Shown here piece by piece: positions 61,484-64,000 of a stretch of 64,000 nt of DNA. The notes below the pieces were generated by a model. The model had not been told where the DNA came from, ran no database searches, and saw only the letters and a program-made list of their open reading frames with translations. Source of the stretch: Cytophagales bacterium (GTDB lineage Bacteria; Bacteroidota; Bacteroidia; Cytophagales; JAHDFW01); assembly GCA_965277185.1 (NCBI GenBank), contig CBDICC010000026.1:13079-77078 (forward strand). The letters run 5' to 3'. The first letter of the stretch is position 1. Every line of letters begins with the position of its first letter. Made by a program: the position numbers and the translations under genes.

Positions 61484-61606
61484 AAAGTACTTTGAAATAC
61501 AAAGTATATAGGCAAAAAATATATTTAGATTATTTAATTTCAGTTGTTATGTGCTTAATTAGGTTCATTCGTTAAGAAAACATTAAAAGTACTTTGTGTT
61601 ACAAAG
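61484..61606. promoter_or_regulatory. two copies of a palindromic operator-like site ACTTTG-N5-CAAAG
   Basis: AAAGTACTTTGaaaTACAAAGt at 61484 and AAAGTACTTTGtgtTACAAAGc at 61586. Confidence 0.55.
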
Positions 61607-61690
61607 CTAATGCATTATAATTAATTCTCAAATATATTTTCTCTTTTCTAAACTCCACAAAGACGCTTACACGAAAGGGGATTACAACAA

Positions 61691-61732
61691 AAAGCCCTTT
61701 AAAATCCTTACTACAGGATTTTAAAGGGCTTT
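61691..61732 (-). terminator. perfect 18-bp hairpin terminator after the 131-aa gene
   Basis: AAAGCCCTTTAAAATCCT-TACTAC-AGGATTTTAAAGGGCTTT. Confidence 0.85.
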
Positions 61733-61793
61733 AAGACTTTTCTTATTGATAGAAGAATTGGTTATTCCTGCATCAACAAAATAGTTCTCTTAC

Positions 61794-62189
61794 TTATTTT
61801 ACTCTTCGAACTTCGTATTCCACTCTTCCAAGTTGAACACAAACGATACCATTATTCGCACTTCTAAGAGTTACATCAATATTTACCAATTCTTGTCCAG
61901 CAGGAACGGTAAATACAACTGGTCCTTTAGAAAGGTTTCCAAAAATTGCGATATCAATAGAATTTGGAAAGGTGATTGTTACAAATGCATCATCACTTAT
62001 GCAAAGATTATTCACCGTTGGTGTGATCACATAATCAATTGTTTTATTAGGGTTTCCATGTGCAACAAAACTTGTGTTACTAGCATTTCCACAGTCACCA
62101 ACGCAACCTGATCCTACCACATTTTGAGCTGCTACTGTTCCAATGGTCATCATAGCTACTACGATGAATCCGACTAATTGTTTTTTCAT
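61794..62189 (-). CDS. small secreted hypothetical protein with 4 Cys
   Basis: Signal ending VAA-Q; CVGDC motif; -7 element TAATTTTG at 62275-62268. Confidence 0.78.
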   Translation of the reverse strand: MKKQLVGFIVVAMMTIGTVAAQNVVGSGCVGDCGNASNTSFVAHGNPNKTIDYVITPTVNNLCISDDAFVTITFPNSIDIAIFGNLSKGPVVFTVPAGQELVNIDVTLRSANNGIVCVQLGRVEYEVRRVK

Positions 62190-62541
62190 AATTTTAAATA
62201 GTTTTTAAGTTAATATACGTGTGTTTATTTATATCAATAGTCAATTAACATTAATAATTATACAGATCAAAATTATATTTATAAATATTCACATTTAACT
62301 ACAAAGGTGTTGTTCTTTTACTACGATATCTAACACAGTGTTTGAAAACGAACATTATACTATGCGGAATTTAATATACAATTATATTATACCTCGTTCT
62401 ATCACAATGAAATGACTTTGGATACCTTTTTGATAAAAACAATCTTGAAACTAGCTTATTCCTTTCTCTTGCATTTTGACTGATTTCTTTTAATTTTATT
62501 TATCTGTATTTAGTTATTCCATTTAGATCAATTACCGTACT

Positions 62542-63801
62542 ATGAAATACACTTTTCAAATTGTCGTATCCCTTTCATTCTATTTACTCTTGGTTTCTTG
62601 TGGTACAAGTAGTAGTAAACAAAAATGCACGAAGAAGGAACTTTATCAGACAACTGATCAAACAACTGATCTGAAAGGATTTAAAAATTACTGCAATGAC
62701 ATTATCATTCCTTGCAAATATGATAAGGTACAGGCATTTCGAAACGGGTTAGCTATAGTCGAACTAAATGGGAAAGAATTTTTCATTAATTCAAAAGGAG
62801 ATTCTGTTTCAAAACCCTATGATCGAATAAAAACTTTTTCTCCATTCGATATAGAGGCTTTTACCACTGCGACATCAGAGGGGTTAATTTATGTTTTAGA
62901 TACGCTTGGACATGAATTAAGTCCAGGTTTCCCCGTTGTGCGTATGTATGAAAAAAATGGATATGCTATATTAGAAGATACTAGTGACCTGGAACGAATT
63001 TTCAATTTGGAGACGAAGCAACTTGGTGATCCTTTTGATTATATATCGCAAATCTCACGAAACAATTATGTTGGAAGAGAAAATGGAGAAAAACGGGGGT
63101 ACATGGAATTTTTGTTAGATCAAAATGGTAAAAAGATAAGCAAAGGATACGAAAACATAGATTACGAAGCGCGTCTTGGAGCGGATTACGTAATGATCAA
63201 GTTGATTCATTCGGTCTCAGGTGGACAAAGAAGTGGATTAATGACTATTCAAGGTGAAACAATACTTGAGCCATTGTACAGTACTTTATCCATTCATAAA
63301 GGATTAATTTTCACTTCCAGACGTAGTAAAAAACAGCCAAAGCGATATGACATTTATAAGCTGGACAAAACAAGTTTATATAAAAATATGGATGAAATTG
63401 GTATTGGACAAAATGGTATGATTCGAATCGCAAAACCCTCTGCAGGCTCCTTTGCTTATTATAAAATTGATTCCGTTCAACAAGTACTAACAAAAGTAAC
63501 TAAGAATTACCCGTATTATAAATTCAGCTCAGGTGGACGAAATTCTATTTTTGGGAGAATAGGAGGAGGTTATAGTAATTTTTACGGATTTGACTTTAAT
63601 AGTGGTTTCGCCCGTTATAAAAATAAATCCGGCAAGGTCGGTTTTCTTGACACAACCGGCACACTCGTAATCCCCTGTAAATACGATGCTGCGTTTGATT
63701 TTGAAAAAGGAAAAGCCACTGTATTCCAGAACGAACGACAGTTTATTATTAATGAGAAGGGGGAAGTTTTAGAGGAGAAAGAACCTCTATCAGCTATTTG
63801 A
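62542..63801 (+). CDS. WG-repeat lipoprotein
   Basis: Lipobox LVSC; IIIPCKYDKVQAFRNGLAIV, GFLDTTGTLVIPCKYDAAFDFEKGKA, FIINEKGE. Confidence 0.85.
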   Translation: MKYTFQIVVSLSFYLLLVSCGTSSSKQKCTKKELYQTTDQTTDLKGFKNYCNDIIIPCKYDKVQAFRNGLAIVELNGKEFFINSKGDSVSKPYDRIKTFSPFDIEAFTTATSEGLIYVLDTLGHELSPGFPVVRMYEKNGYAILEDTSDLERIFNLETKQLGDPFDYISQISRNNYVGRENGEKRGYMEFLLDQNGKKISKGYENIDYEARLGADYVMIKLIHSVSGGQRSGLMTIQGETILEPLYSTLSIHKGLIFTSRRSKKQPKRYDIYKLDKTSLYKNMDEIGIGQNGMIRIAKPSAGSFAYYKIDSVQQVLTKVTKNYPYYKFSSGGRNSIFGRIGGGYSNFYGFDFNSGFARYKNKSGKVGFLDTTGTLVIPCKYDAAFDFEKGKATVFQNERQFIINEKGEVLEEKEPLSAI

Positions 63802-63836
63802 GTTTTGATTCCTAATACTTGAATTTTGGCTTCTGA

Positions 63837-64000
63837 TTATTGTTTGTTTCTAAAATCAGGTTTCAACCACAATCCAAACTGCAACCTATTATAATCTACT
63901 CCTGTGAAGTTGTATAAATACCCAATTTTGGCTGTTACCGCAGGGCTAAATTTAAATCCAATGGCATGAAAGAATCGATTTTGACTGAATGGACTGTCCG
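63837..64000 (-). CDS. C-terminal end of a probable DUF2490-like outer-membrane beta-barrel protein (runs off the right edge)
   Basis: Manual translation DSPFSQNRFFHAIGFKFSPAVTAKIGYLYNFTGVDYNRLQFGLWLKPDFRNKQ*. Confidence 0.6.
   Translation of the reverse strand, partial: DSPFSQNRFFHAIGFKFSPAVTAKIGYLYNFTGVDYNRLQFGLWLKPDFRNKQ

Noticed and set aside
2321-63493. Numerous 60-190 aa ORFs antisense to or nested in longer genes (e.g. 2321, 8060, 15610, 22673, 24500, 59185)
   Set aside because: Shadow ORFs with no motifs, overlapping well-supported genes
1-64000. tRNA, rRNA, IS, integrase, prophage or known defence genes
   Set aside because: No such motifs recognised by eye on either strand; tRNAscan, ISEScan and DefenseFinder were not run

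Overview
AT-rich Bacteroidota chromosome segment. The assignment rests on T9SS C-terminal sorting domains, TAnnTTTG-type -7 promoters and PorE-like OmpA/PD40 proteins; the order is not certain. Housekeeping genes (thrS-infC-rpmI-rplT, lpxB, hldD, miaA, miaE, queD, rsmE, icmF, a cyclophilin) are interspersed with secreted or lipoprotein accessory genes. I found no rRNA, tRNA, transposase, integrase or cas gene. Main points of interest: (1) a cellulose-synthase-like GT2 fused to an intact GH26 domain and a further TIM-barrel-like domain, divergent from a GH2-like lipoprotein; (2) three tandem 163-bp non-coding repeats that fold into a multibranch structure; (3) a 5'-leader hairpin on thrS with a tRNA-Thr-like U-UGU-A loop; (4) a NemR-like TetR with two matching operators defining a mini-regulon; (5) an octamer microsatellite with four 51-bp cores; (6) a metzincin protease lacking a T9SS signal paired with a T9SS-tagged partner; (7) several small secreted orphan proteins; (8) an 11-PAS hybrid kinase. 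All protein calls come from motif recognition by eye, with no database search. Where I moved a start codon relative to the ORF track, the evidence field says so.
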